A DNA stretch of 64,000 nt from Spirochaetota bacterium (lineage in GTDB: Bacteria; Spirochaetota; Spirochaetia; JABEVK01): NCBI GenBank assembly GCA_020049045.1, contig JAIFLN010000101.1, positions 2,117 to 66,116 on the forward strand, written 5' to 3'. Under the pieces are notes generated by a model. That model made no database searches. It was given only the letters and a program-made list of their open reading frames with translations, and was not told the origin of the DNA. A program made the translations under genes and the position numbers. Shown piece after piece: positions 38,266 through 47,875 of this stretch. How positions within the stretch are numbered: the stretch's first letter is position 1; each line of letters begins with the position of its first letter.

Positions 38266-39771
38266 TCACGGAACGGAGGAAAAATCACTGGGTGTCTTAC
38301 CAGTCACTTTCTTGAAAAGCCTGGCAAAATAGTTGGGATCCGAATAGCCGCACTCTTTGCTGACTTGTTTGATGCTCACACCGGGAAGCGAGAGCATGAC
38401 CTTGGCTTTCTCAATACGATAATCAATCAGGTACTCTGAAAAGCCCTGACCCAGCTCATCAACAAAAAGCCGCGACAGTCGTTTGGCACTGATACCTGCC
38501 CGTTCGGCTACGAGATCGAGGGTGAGAGGCTGTCCGAAGTTGACACGGATATACTCCATAGCCCTGGAAACCCATACCGACCACCTTTGCGCACGGCTAA
38601 GGGCCCCGGTAATGGCGGGAAGCCGCGAACGCGCCAGAAGGCAGAACTCCTGACCGTCGGCAGCCTGCCTGAGGTCGTCAAAATCCATTCCATGATGGGC
38701 AACAGACTCTTCAAGGTATCCGAGCGCGACGAGCCGGCCCAGGGCCCATCCTAACAAGGCCACAATTCGGTAGCGGTCCGACAGGGAGGGGTTGCCAGCC
38801 TCAAATGGAACCAGCAACGCTTCAAAGCAATATCGGACCCGGTCTTGGTCCCCTTCCATCAGGGCTGTCTGGAATTCTTCTTCTTCCTCAAAAGTCCCCC
38901 CCGAGGCAAACCGAGCCGAAGCGGCAGGGGTTTTTCCAGAGAGTCGGATCAAGGCCTCAGGCCAGGCTTGAGCCAGCTCTTCCACCAAACGGGGCCGGGC
39001 AAATCCAAGGCGGAGGTTTTCTGGCTGCAGGTGCTCACCGGGTGCGGCTCTGAGAGTGGCTACCAGCTGGGCTTCAGCTTCCTCGGCCTCCGAAGCCGAA
39101 CCCAAAGCCTGGAAAATCAAGCATCGGCCCGATGCCATTGGACCACAAAAAGCCCGGCTTTTGTACTGGAGAACAAGGTCAAGAGCCTTTCGGCCTTCCT
39201 GGGCACTGTGGACAAAGGCCGCGACGGCAATCAGCCCCCACGGTTTGTCAATGCCGATCCATTCCCGCAGCCCCCGCATTCCGAGGTCATTCCGGCCCAG
39301 CATCAAACCGGTCAGATAGGCCTCGACCACATAGCCGCGGAGCTGCACATCTTTTTCCTGCCCGTCGAATTCTCTCCGCTTTTCCTCAGCTCGGCGATCG
39401 AGCTGGTCGGAGGCTGTCTTCAGTGCCTGACCGAGGGCATCCTTGGTCACAGGCTTGAGCAGATACCCTGAAATCCCCAGCTCAAGGGCCTCACGGGCGA
39501 TATCAAAGCGCTCGTAGGCGGTTGAGAGGATGAATGCCGCCAAAGAACCCCTGCGGCGAAGTTCCCGAATGGTATCAAGGCCTGAAAGCCCCGGCATCCG
39601 GACATCGAGAACAATAATATCGGGTTGTAGTGAGGCCACCTTTTCCAGGGTCTCACGCCCTGAAGAAGCGGTGCCCACCACCGTGAAGGCGTCAGCCAGC
39701 TCCCGTTCGACGATGCGGACAAGGTGATCCACCACGGGCTGCTCATCATCGACTACCAGGATCCGTTTCAT
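38266..39771 (-). CDS. response regulator with AraC-type HTH output (YesN-like)
   Basis: Receiver ILVVDDEQ..DIIVLDVRMPGLSG. C-terminal AraC HTH (ISAKRLSRLF...GYSDPNYFARLFKKVTGKTPSDF). Confidence 0.9.
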   Translation of the reverse strand: MKRILVVDDEQPVVDHLVRIVERELADAFTVVGTASSGRETLEKVASLQPDIIVLDVRMPGLSGLDTIRELRRRGSLAAFILSTAYERFDIAREALELGISGYLLKPVTKDALGQALKTASDQLDRRAEEKRREFDGQEKDVQLRGYVVEAYLTGLMLGRNDLGMRGLREWIGIDKPWGLIAVAAFVHSAQEGRKALDLVLQYKSRAFCGPMASGRCLIFQALGSASEAEEAEAQLVATLRAAPGEHLQPENLRLGFARPRLVEELAQAWPEALIRLSGKTPAASARFASGGTFEEEEEFQTALMEGDQDRVRYCFEALLVPFEAGNPSLSDRYRIVALLGWALGRLVALGYLEESVAHHGMDFDDLRQAADGQEFCLLARSRLPAITGALSRAQRWSVWVSRAMEYIRVNFGQPLTLDLVAERAGISAKRLSRLFVDELGQGFSEYLIDYRIEKAKVMLSLPGVSIKQVSKECGYSDPNYFARLFKKVTGKTPSDFSSVP

Positions 39772-41246
39772 CCCAAGACCTCCGGGGACGATAGGGGCAG
39801 CACAATCCGAACCAAAAGCCCCTGACCTTCCCCGCTGACAAGTTCCACCCTTCCCCGACCATTGGTAGACAGGTGCAGGCGCCGGATCACATTGCGCAAC
39901 CCGATGCCGTGCCCTGGTGATTTGTCAAAATCGGCGGCTTCGGTGAGAATCGCCAGTCTTTCCGATTCCGCCATTCCCGCTCCGTTATCGCTGACGGTCA
40001 AAACGGCTTGTTCTTTCTCCCTTGTTCCCCGGATTGTGATCAACCCGCCGGTTTCGATATCCGCCAAGCCATGGCTGATGGAATTCTCTATCAGCGGTTG
40101 AAGAATAAGTGCAGGAACCTCAACGCTGACAATGGACTCGTCCATTCGGATATCAAAAGCAAAGCGTTGGCCAAAACGCAGCCGCAGTAGAAAAATATAC
40201 CGGTTCACACATTCCAATTCGTCTGAAATCAGCACAAACCGGTCAGGGGGGGTCAAAGCATAACGGATAAAAACAGCCAGATTCTCGAGGAAGGCTTCGG
40301 TACGCTGAGCTCCTTCAACTCCGGCCAGCTGAAGGCCTGCAGAAAGGGTGTTAAACAAAAAATGGGGGTTGATCTGTGTTTGGAGAGCCAGCAGCTCCGC
40401 ATCTTTGAGACGGTGGTTCAGCTCGAGCACTTGCATCCGCTCTTCAAGCAGGGTTCTTTCGACGTCAGCCCTGGATTGAAGGTCAAGAAAGGACTGCTGA
40501 ATGCTCAAGCGCATTTGGGCAAAGCTGTACGCGAGAGTAGCGATTTCATCTTGGCTGTTGAGCTGCGGAATTGGAATCTGATAGTCTCCTCTTCCCACGG
40601 CCGAAGCGGCTTCCGCAAGTCGGGACAACGGTTCGGTGAGCTTTCGGGAATAACCGAGAAGCAAACTGAATCCCAGCAAGGTGGCGGCTAAAACCAGGAC
40701 AGCATTCGACAAAAGAACACCAGGAATGAGGTTGCGGTACAGGGAAAAGGCTTGCAAGGCCTGGGAAAGGAACCGGGCCTTCAGATCAGAGATCAAGATG
40801 CGGGCACCGGCCGCATGCCGGGCTGAAGTCTCATAGCGCTCGACATACCCCGGAATATCCCTTCCCCGCTTGGCTTGAATGCCGATTTCTGCCACCCGTA
40901 AATAAGTATCAAAGGTCCGTGTGAGGTCTCTTTGGAGAAGAAGGATCTCATCGGATACAATGTCACGGTTCAACTCCCGGGCTTGGTCTGTCAGATGGGT
41001 TGAGGCTTTGATGAAATCCTTCAGGGATTCCGAGCTTTTGGTTCTCAAATATTCTGAAAAACTGGCTTCGGTCTGGCTCAGGGCCCCCTGCAGCCTTTCG
41101 AGGACCAGATTGTTGCGAAACAGCACCTCGACGCTTTGATCAAGCTCCAGTGAAGCGAACCCTGTGTACAACGTCGCAGCGGCCATAAGAAGCAAGATGA
41201 GGGCCGAGTTGGCAAGGATTTTCCTGCGAACGGTTCCCGCTCTCAT
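39768..41246 (-). CDS. sensor histidine kinase, LytS/YesM type (His_kinase plus HATPase)
   Basis: Two TM helices, HAMP, QINPHFLFNTLS signature of the PF06580 kinase family, G-box DNGAGM. 4-nt overlaps on both sides. Confidence 0.9.
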   Translation of the reverse strand: MRAGTVRRKILANSALILLLMAAATLYTGFASLELDQSVEVLFRNNLVLERLQGALSQTEASFSEYLRTKSSESLKDFIKASTHLTDQARELNRDIVSDEILLLQRDLTRTFDTYLRVAEIGIQAKRGRDIPGYVERYETSARHAAGARILISDLKARFLSQALQAFSLYRNLIPGVLLSNAVLVLAATLLGFSLLLGYSRKLTEPLSRLAEAASAVGRGDYQIPIPQLNSQDEIATLAYSFAQMRLSIQQSFLDLQSRADVERTLLEERMQVLELNHRLKDAELLALQTQINPHFLFNTLSAGLQLAGVEGAQRTEAFLENLAVFIRYALTPPDRFVLISDELECVNRYIFLLRLRFGQRFAFDIRMDESIVSVEVPALILQPLIENSISHGLADIETGGLITIRGTREKEQAVLTVSDNGAGMAESERLAILTEAADFDKSPGHGIGLRNVIRRLHLSTNGRGRVELVSGEGQGLLVRIVLPLSSPEVLG

Positions 41247-42232
41247 GGCTGAGCGGCCTTGTTGCTGCGGACTTTGAAGCCAACTTCGACGGCCGACCGA
41301 AAAGGGGTACCCTCCCGCGCCGCCAGAAAAGAGGAAAGGGCCACTGCCCCCATTTTGCGGGAATCCCGGACAACACTGGCGGCAATCACTCCCTTGTCCA
41401 CAAGGCGGTCAATGGTCACGGATTCATCGGTACCGATGATCACGACCCTGCCCACACGGCCCAGTTCAACCACCACTTGAGCCGCTCCTTCTGTTATGGG
41501 CGCACTGGCGCAAACCAAGGCGTTGATAGACGGTTGGGAGCGAAGTAGATTGGAAGCCGCTTCTTCCCCCGACAAGAATCCAGGACCCACACGGGCGACT
41601 TGCAGAATCTCCGCACCCTGGTAGGGGCGCAAGGCCAGGGAAACACCATGAAAAACCGGATCGCTTCTGGCATCGGAATCACCTTCAGAAGTCAGAAGAA
41701 CGCCAACCCGCGCAGACTGCCCCTTGAGACGCCCCAGCAAGGTTCCACTTTCCACACCTTGAAGAAAGCTGCTTGAGCCGATGAAACCCTGACCCGAACC
41801 ACCGGGAGCTTGCGTTCCGACGGGGATAAACACGACATTTTCCGCTTCGGCCTGAGCCACGCGGGCCCGCTGGTCTCTCTCAGAACCGGTAAAGAGCACC
41901 ACCCCATCCACATGGCTGGATAAACAAAGTTGAAAGTACGCCTCGGCCTCTTCGGGAGCGCTTTCCCGGTATCGGAAGACTTGAATGGCTACCTCGGAAG
42001 CGGCCGAGTTTTCGCGGACTCCTGCAATCAAGCCATCGAAAAAAGAGTCTGTAGTGTCGGGGATGACCAGGGCCAGGTGATGCTTGGCCGGTAGTTCTCT
42101 TGTCTTGGTGCCGAGGATACCCTCATCAAGAGCTTTTCGAGCCTGGTTGATCAGAACGAGGTTCATGGTGGTGGCACCGGCAAGTGCCAGACCAAACAAG
42201 AGAACCAGAAACCAACTGACCTGACGGAACAC
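41243..42232 (-). CDS. membrane-anchored periplasmic binding-protein-like sensor component
   Basis: N-terminal TM VSWFLVLLFGLALAG, then a LacI/sugar-binding periplasmic-binding-protein type-I fold. First gene of the four-gene sensor operon. Confidence 0.65.
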   Translation of the reverse strand: MFRQVSWFLVLLFGLALAGATTMNLVLINQARKALDEGILGTKTRELPAKHHLALVIPDTTDSFFDGLIAGVRENSAASEVAIQVFRYRESAPEEAEAYFQLCLSSHVDGVVLFTGSERDQRARVAQAEAENVVFIPVGTQAPGGSGQGFIGSSSFLQGVESGTLLGRLKGQSARVGVLLTSEGDSDARSDPVFHGVSLALRPYQGAEILQVARVGPGFLSGEEAASNLLRSQPSINALVCASAPITEGAAQVVVELGRVGRVVIIGTDESVTIDRLVDKGVIAASVVRDSRKMGAVALSSFLAAREGTPFRSAVEVGFKVRSNKAAQP

Positions 42233-42247
42233 GGGTGAGCCTCCGTA

Positions 42248-43363
42248 TCAGAAAAGAAGGCTGAGGGTGACGACTGTCAAACCACTTTCCCGAACTTGAG
42301 TGACCACAGATTCGAAGCGGACTCCAACTTTTTGACATTCCTCGGTGAGGTAACTGAGATAATACAAACCCAGTTCCATACTTCCTTCCACTTCCGCAGG
42401 GCTGTCTTTATAAAACTCAAGGAGGGCACGCGGTTTGTTGGCTTGTTCAAAATATCCGGCTTCTTTATTGAATATCCGAACCTGAAGCCGCTCTCTGGTA
42501 ACCTTCCAGGAAAGAAAAACATCCTGATTTCTAACCCGCATCTCTTCTACAATCATGCGGCGCATTTCAAGGTCGTAGGTTACCGCCATGGGATCAAGGG
42601 TGCCTTTGTACCGGCTTTTGGAAAAACTCTGGATGTTGGAATTCTCAAGCATAATGGCCAGCTCTGTGGTCATCAGCGAAAGGTATTCGGCAACCTTGGA
42701 TTTAACCATGAACACCTTGAGAATGCTTTCAACGTCGGCCAGCAGAAGGGGGAAATCGCTGCTTTCTTTGAATTTGACCAAGATAAACCAGGTAAAGGGC
42801 CTGAGAACGGTGAGAAACTTGTCCGCAAGGAAGAGCTGAATGTTCTTTTCTTCGGGAAGGAGAGTTTCATTGGCCTGGACTTCGGCCACGATGGCCCTCA
42901 GAATCTCCTGCTTGATGGCGGTGGAAGCCACCTTGGTCTTTTCAAGGGCTTGAAGCAGCGAGGCATCGCTGACAACGGTCTTGCGGTCGATGATGCTGGT
43001 AGGATTGGCTTTGTTCCACTGCCGCACCACTTCGGAATCGAGGGTCTTGCTGAAAACCAGATCGTCGAAACGCCGGTACAGGGTTCCATAAGTAATCAGC
43101 TTGGTCAGATCCATAAGGTCCTGACGCTTGGAAAGAAACTCAGGTCGGCTGACTTCCATCGATGAGATGTAGTTGATCAGAAGCATCTTTTGCACTGAGG
43201 GCGGTGAAAACGAATCGAAGAGAATACCGAACTGCTCGGGTTCATCACCAAGCTTGTATTTCGTGAGTTTCTTATTGCTGGCAACGAAGAACTTGACTCC
43301 TTCTTCGTTGAAGAGAATTTTCAGCGGGAGTTCCAGGATTTTCTTTCGTTTTTCTCCCGCCAT
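42248..43363 (-). CDS. hypothetical protein (about 371 aa)
   Basis: ATG with GAGGGA ribosome-binding site 8 nt after the nitroreductase stop. No recognisable motif. Confidence 0.5.
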   Translation of the reverse strand: MAGEKRKKILELPLKILFNEEGVKFFVASNKKLTKYKLGDEPEQFGILFDSFSPPSVQKMLLINYISSMEVSRPEFLSKRQDLMDLTKLITYGTLYRRFDDLVFSKTLDSEVVRQWNKANPTSIIDRKTVVSDASLLQALEKTKVASTAIKQEILRAIVAEVQANETLLPEEKNIQLFLADKFLTVLRPFTWFILVKFKESSDFPLLLADVESILKVFMVKSKVAEYLSLMTTELAIMLENSNIQSFSKSRYKGTLDPMAVTYDLEMRRMIVEEMRVRNQDVFLSWKVTRERLQVRIFNKEAGYFEQANKPRALLEFYKDSPAEVEGSMELGLYYLSYLTEECQKVGVRFESVVTQVRESGLTVVTLSLLF

Positions 43364-43371
43364 TTTGTCCC

Positions 43372-43884
43372 TCACCAATGCTCGTAGGAGACGATCCTCG
43401 CCTTGGAAAGGCGGTGAGGCTCCCCTGTTCTCTTTTCGGCTACATGTCCAATAACCAAGAGGAGAAGAATACGCATGGAATAGGGAACCGTGAGGAGTTC
43501 CCGAATGTCATCTTCTTGAAAGGTGGTGTTGATGCAGCAACCCAAACCTTCGTGAAAGGCCTGCAGTTCCATATAGGCCGAGGCAAAGGAAAGATCGACT
43601 GGATAAGCCAGCTGACCATTGGGCATGCGGTAATCAATGTTAGTGGAACACACGGCGATGATGACGGGAGCTTGCCCGACCCAGGGCTCGTTGTACGCCG
43701 CTTCCTGAATCTTTCGCCGGTAGCCGGCATCCTGGATGACCACGAAACGCCAAGGTTGGCGGTTCTTGGCCGAAGGGGCTCTGCGGCCTGCTTCCAGAAT
43801 CCGGTCCAAGGCTTCGGGTGAAACCGGATCGGGGAGGAACGCGTTGGCGCTGAACCGCTGTTGAATGACGGGTACCAAGTCCAT
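43372..43884 (-). CDS. nitroreductase-family protein
   Basis: PSAKNRQPWRFVVIQD flavin-nitroreductase motif. 170 aa. Confidence 0.8.
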   Translation of the reverse strand: MDLVPVIQQRFSANAFLPDPVSPEALDRILEAGRRAPSAKNRQPWRFVVIQDAGYRRKIQEAAYNEPWVGQAPVIIAVCSTNIDYRMPNGQLAYPVDLSFASAYMELQAFHEGLGCCINTTFQEDDIRELLTVPYSMRILLLLVIGHVAEKRTGEPHRLSKARIVSYEHW

Positions 43885-43929
43885 GATTGAAGTAAGGGAA
43901 GTATACACGAACTTGTGCAAGTGTCAAAG

Positions 43930-45927
43930 ATGACATATTTTAGGGCGGTGAGAGGTGCATTACTCCCCATCCTGTTTTTTTGCTGTGTTTTTCTCGAAAC
44001 GGCGCCGACGATGGCGGTTGCCGCACCGGAGACAGCTGAACCGGGGGCCGTGGCCGCCTGGTTGGGAGAAATGGGGGACCGGCGGGAGGGATCGGCGGCA
44101 GAGGTCCAAGTTTTCGCCGCACTCAGGACCTGGTTTTCTTCCAGATCCGATTTTCATGAGGCGGCGTTTCAACGCCTGGACGGCGAGCATTCCTTTTCCA
44201 GACAAATCTGGTTTCGGATACCGGGAAAAGTCCCGGGAGAACTCGTTGTCGTGGTCCCCACCGACGGCAAAAATCATCGAGGGATAGCCTGGGCGGCCGC
44301 CTGGGCCGACAAAGCACTGGTTTCCGGTTCAGAGGTTTCGCTGACGTTTCTTTTTACAGGTGGCGAACGCGGCAGGGGAGAGTCTGCTGGTCTCGGGTCC
44401 CGAACCTTTCTCGCAGATTTTTTTCCCAGCGCACCCGTTGCGGTGCTGTACCTGGACAGTACAACTATCACCGAGGAAGTGACCATCACTTCAGAATCAG
44501 GTAGTTTTCCTTCCCCGCTGTGGATGGTACAGGGCCTGACCGAAGCCTTTCAGAAACTGAAGCTGGATCCTCATTTCACAGGAACAGTACCGTCCCTGTT
44601 CCGGCTTGACCTGCCCGAACGGCGCAACGCCATGCACCCTTGGTTCCAGAGGTCAATTCCCGCAGTCTGGATTCAGGGAGGGCCGGTCAACCTCAGCGTG
44701 GTTCAGGCGCTGCAGCAGTTTTCTGCCTCGTTTCCAGAAGGTCTTCCTGCCTATTGGGACCGCCACTATCTCGCCTTTGACTTTGGATCGTGGAAATTTT
44801 TCTGGGGGCAACAGACATACTTGCTCGTCTTTCTGGGTGTGGCTGCTTTTCTACTCTTCGGTTACGCCCTTCTTGGCAGGAGCAGGCGGGGTAGTTTGAG
44901 AATTCTGGGGCATGGTTTTTGGCAGCTGCCCGTTTTACTGACGATCGTATTTTTGGGTTTGCAGGCCGGAGGTCTGCTGACCGACTGGATTCAGCAGATT
45001 CGGGGAGAACCGGATCTCTGGAAACGAGCACCATTGATGCTGGCAACCCTGAAAGCACTGGTGACTGTCACACTATATCTGCTGGTTATGCTCCCCTTCC
45101 GCCGTACTCCCCTCAGCAGGAATCCGGACTTCTACAGCCAAGCGGCCTTGGTGTGGCTAGGACTGATGACTCTGGCTGCAGCGGTGTTTGAATTAAGCTT
45201 CTCTTTTTATTTTCTCTGGGCCCTGGTCTGGGCTGCTGTGCTGGTCACCGTTCTCTGGCGCCCTGTGGAGTGGATAGCCCTTTTGATGGGTCCTGTGTGG
45301 GTGTTCAAAGCCGGTTACGAAGCGCTCGGTCCTCATCCGGATCTGGAGCTGGCCCGCTGGGTGCTGCAGTCACCGCTGGCTGGGAACTTTGTTCTGGCGG
45401 TGTTGTTCTTTCCCTTTCTTCTGCAGATCAACTCCTGGCATCTTCGAGGCCACCGCGAGCAAGCCCGCAATGAAGGTTTGCGTGCCGGCATTCAGCTGTC
45501 GTTCTGGGCTTTGGCAACGATATCCCTGGGGTTTCTGGTCCTTAGGATGGAGGTTGCTCCGCTACCTCCCGGCCCGCCGCCCATCGAGCGGGTGGAAGCA
45601 AAAGACTTTTGGAAAACACAGGTGGCGCGGTCGGCCTTCCTCGATAGAACCGTCTGGAACCTTCGTTTTTCCGGTCCGACGGCCCCTGAAGAAGTGGAAC
45701 TTGAGTTGGTCGCAGAAGGGCCGCTGACGGTCTATGACTGTTCTTTTCCTTTCATCCTGGATGCGCAAGGGCACCGCGCCCGTATTGTGGTGGGACGCCA
45801 AAGCCCCCTGCCCCTCGATCTGAGGCTCACCCTCCCCAAATCGACCAAGGCCCAGCTGATGGTCCGCGTGTTGCTGGCACCGGAACATCCTTTGGAAGTC
45901 ATCGATACCATCGAGCTCAATCCATGA
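43930..45927 (+). CDS. large integral membrane protein with N-terminal periplasmic M28-peptidase-like domain (likely non-catalytic)
   Basis: Signal peptide, LTFLFTGGERG..GLGSRTFL..VAVLYLD resembles M28 with degenerate metal ligands, followed by about 10 TM helices. Confidence 0.55.
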   Translation: MTYFRAVRGALLPILFFCCVFLETAPTMAVAAPETAEPGAVAAWLGEMGDRREGSAAEVQVFAALRTWFSSRSDFHEAAFQRLDGEHSFSRQIWFRIPGKVPGELVVVVPTDGKNHRGIAWAAAWADKALVSGSEVSLTFLFTGGERGRGESAGLGSRTFLADFFPSAPVAVLYLDSTTITEEVTITSESGSFPSPLWMVQGLTEAFQKLKLDPHFTGTVPSLFRLDLPERRNAMHPWFQRSIPAVWIQGGPVNLSVVQALQQFSASFPEGLPAYWDRHYLAFDFGSWKFFWGQQTYLLVFLGVAAFLLFGYALLGRSRRGSLRILGHGFWQLPVLLTIVFLGLQAGGLLTDWIQQIRGEPDLWKRAPLMLATLKALVTVTLYLLVMLPFRRTPLSRNPDFYSQAALVWLGLMTLAAAVFELSFSFYFLWALVWAAVLVTVLWRPVEWIALLMGPVWVFKAGYEALGPHPDLELARWVLQSPLAGNFVLAVLFFPFLLQINSWHLRGHREQARNEGLRAGIQLSFWALATISLGFLVLRMEVAPLPPGPPPIERVEAKDFWKTQVARSAFLDRTVWNLRFSGPTAPEEVELELVAEGPLTVYDCSFPFILDAQGHRARIVVGRQSPLPLDLRLTLPKSTKAQLMVRVLLAPEHPLEVIDTIELNP

Positions 45928-47105
45928 CCCAAACGATACGGTTCCATCTCGACCTCGATGCGTTTTTTGCCTCGGTGGAACAGCTGGATCATCCCGAGTG
46001 GAAGGGAAAACCCGTGATTGTGGGAGCCAGACCAGGCGGTCGCGGCGTTGTCTCAACGTGTTCGTATGAGGCTCGGGCTTTCGGTGTCCGTTCGGCCTTG
46101 CCGATTTCCGAGGCCTACAGGCTGTGCCCTCAAGGCATTTATGTGCCACCCCGGATGGAGAGGTACCACCAGCTAAGCCTCGAGGTGATGGCCATTCTTC
46201 GCCAAAGCGCTCCCCGCTTCTGCCAGATGTCTGTGGATGAGGCGTATCTCGATATGACGGGCACACGGGTCCTTATGGGCCCTGAGGAAGAAGTCGCTCG
46301 TGCCCTGAAGAACCGCATCTTCTCAGAAACGGGTTTGAAAGTGAGCATTGGCATTGCGCCCACGTGGTATTTGGCCAAGATCGCCTCGGACTTCGGCAAG
46401 CCAGATGGTCTCTATGTCATTTCCCCTGAAAGAATTGATGCTTTTCTTGAGGCACTTCCCCTTAAGAAACTGCATGGCGCCGGGGGGAAAACCCGCGAAC
46501 GGCTGGAGGCTCAGGGAATTACCAGTGTGTCGGCGCTGCGGGCGCTGAGCCGGGAAGCCTTGCACCGCATGATGGGGGAAAACGGTGGTGAGTTTCTTTG
46601 GCTGGCAGGCCGCGGGGAGGCGGATTACAACCCCTTCCGTGGCGCTCAGAGCCGTTCCGTGTCAGCAGAAACCACCTTTGGAGAGGATACCGCTGACCTC
46701 GAAGTTCTGGAAACTACCCTGAAAGTCCTCTGTCAGGAGGTCACCTTTCGGGCTATGGCAGAGGGCTGGAGGAGCCGCACTCCCCATCTCAAATTGCGAT
46801 GGTCGGATTTTACAACGGTGAATGCTCAAACCACCCTGAGCCGGACGGTGGCGTCCTCCACCGAACTGTATAAAGTGATCCGTGACCTGTTTGGTGCCCG
46901 CTGGACCCCTGGAAAAACCGTAAGGCTGATCGGTGTCGGTCTGGGTGGTCTGGAGGAAGCCGGGGGATTTGATCAGGGGGACCTGTTTGAAGGAGAAAAT
47001 GAAAAACAGGGCCGGGTGGAAAAGGCTCTGGTTGCATTGCAAAAGAAGCACCCGGAAGGGGCTGCGGTGGTAAGGGCCAGCTTAATGGGCAAAAACAGGA
47101 GATAA
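45924..47105 (+). CDS. dinB: DNA polymerase IV (Y-family)
   Basis: FHLDLDAFFASVEQL..KPVIVG, SIDEAYLDMT. Confidence 0.9.
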   Translation: MTQTIRFHLDLDAFFASVEQLDHPEWKGKPVIVGARPGGRGVVSTCSYEARAFGVRSALPISEAYRLCPQGIYVPPRMERYHQLSLEVMAILRQSAPRFCQMSVDEAYLDMTGTRVLMGPEEEVARALKNRIFSETGLKVSIGIAPTWYLAKIASDFGKPDGLYVISPERIDAFLEALPLKKLHGAGGKTRERLEAQGITSVSALRALSREALHRMMGENGGEFLWLAGRGEADYNPFRGAQSRSVSAETTFGEDTADLEVLETTLKVLCQEVTFRAMAEGWRSRTPHLKLRWSDFTTVNAQTTLSRTVASSTELYKVIRDLFGARWTPGKTVRLIGVGLGGLEEAGGFDQGDLFEGENEKQGRVEKALVALQKKHPEGAAVVRASLMGKNRR

Positions 47106-47109
47106 GGCG

Positions 47110-47856
47110 ATGAAACAACAGACGCTGAAATGGGGAGAGGGAGTCACCCTCACAACCTATGTGCTCGATGGAAAACGACCTCGGGGTGCCGTTCTGGTTC
47201 TACCAGGCGGGGCCTACAGAATGACTTCCGACCGTGAGGCTGAACCTATTGCCCTGCGGTTTACCGCAGCAGGTTTCCATGCCTTTGTTCTGCGCTACAG
47301 CGTCGCACCAAACCGGCACCCCAAGCCTTTGCAGGATGCCCAGAAAGCCCTCGATCTGATCCGTTCCCAGTCATCCGAATGGAACCTTGACCCGGCCAAA
47401 GTGGCTGTCTGCGGTTTTTCGGCGGGGGGACATCTGGCAGCCAGCCTCGGTGTTTTTGGAAATCCCAGACCCGACGCGCTGATTCTAAGTTATCCGGTCA
47501 TCACCAGCGGGCCGTTCGCCCATCAGGGCTCGTTTGAGAATCTTCTGGGACAGGAGGCCCCGGCCCCAGTTCAAGCCCAGTTATCGCTGGAAACCCAGGT
47601 AACCGACAAAACTCCACCGACGTTTCTTTGGCATACCTACGACGATGCCGCAGTGCCCCTGGAAAACACCCTGCTGTTTGCCGGGGCCCTTCGGCAAGCT
47701 GCGGTTCCTTTTGAACTGCACGTTTTTCCCAAGGGTCGTCACGGTATTTCACTGGCCGAAGCCGAGACTGACTTTGAGGACGGCGGCGGCATCGATGCGC
47801 ACGTTGCCCGCTGGATGGGGCTGTGTGTGGAGTGGCTGACGCTGCAGTTCCTCTAG
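47110..47856 (+). CDS. alpha/beta-hydrolase esterase
   Basis: VLPGGAY oxyanion region, nucleophile elbow GFSAGGH, C-terminal HG. Confidence 0.8.
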   Translation: MKQQTLKWGEGVTLTTYVLDGKRPRGAVLVLPGGAYRMTSDREAEPIALRFTAAGFHAFVLRYSVAPNRHPKPLQDAQKALDLIRSQSSEWNLDPAKVAVCGFSAGGHLAASLGVFGNPRPDALILSYPVITSGPFAHQGSFENLLGQEAPAPVQAQLSLETQVTDKTPPTFLWHTYDDAAVPLENTLLFAGALRQAAVPFELHVFPKGRHGISLAEAETDFEDGGGIDAHVARWMGLCVEWLTLQFL

Positions 47857-47875
47857 TCTGCGCAGATTTTCTAGA

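Noticed and set aside
47857-47875. TCTGCGCAGA palindrome followed by TTTTCT between the convergent esterase and GH105 genes
   Set aside because: The stem is only 5 bp with no loop, too weak to call a terminator with confidence.
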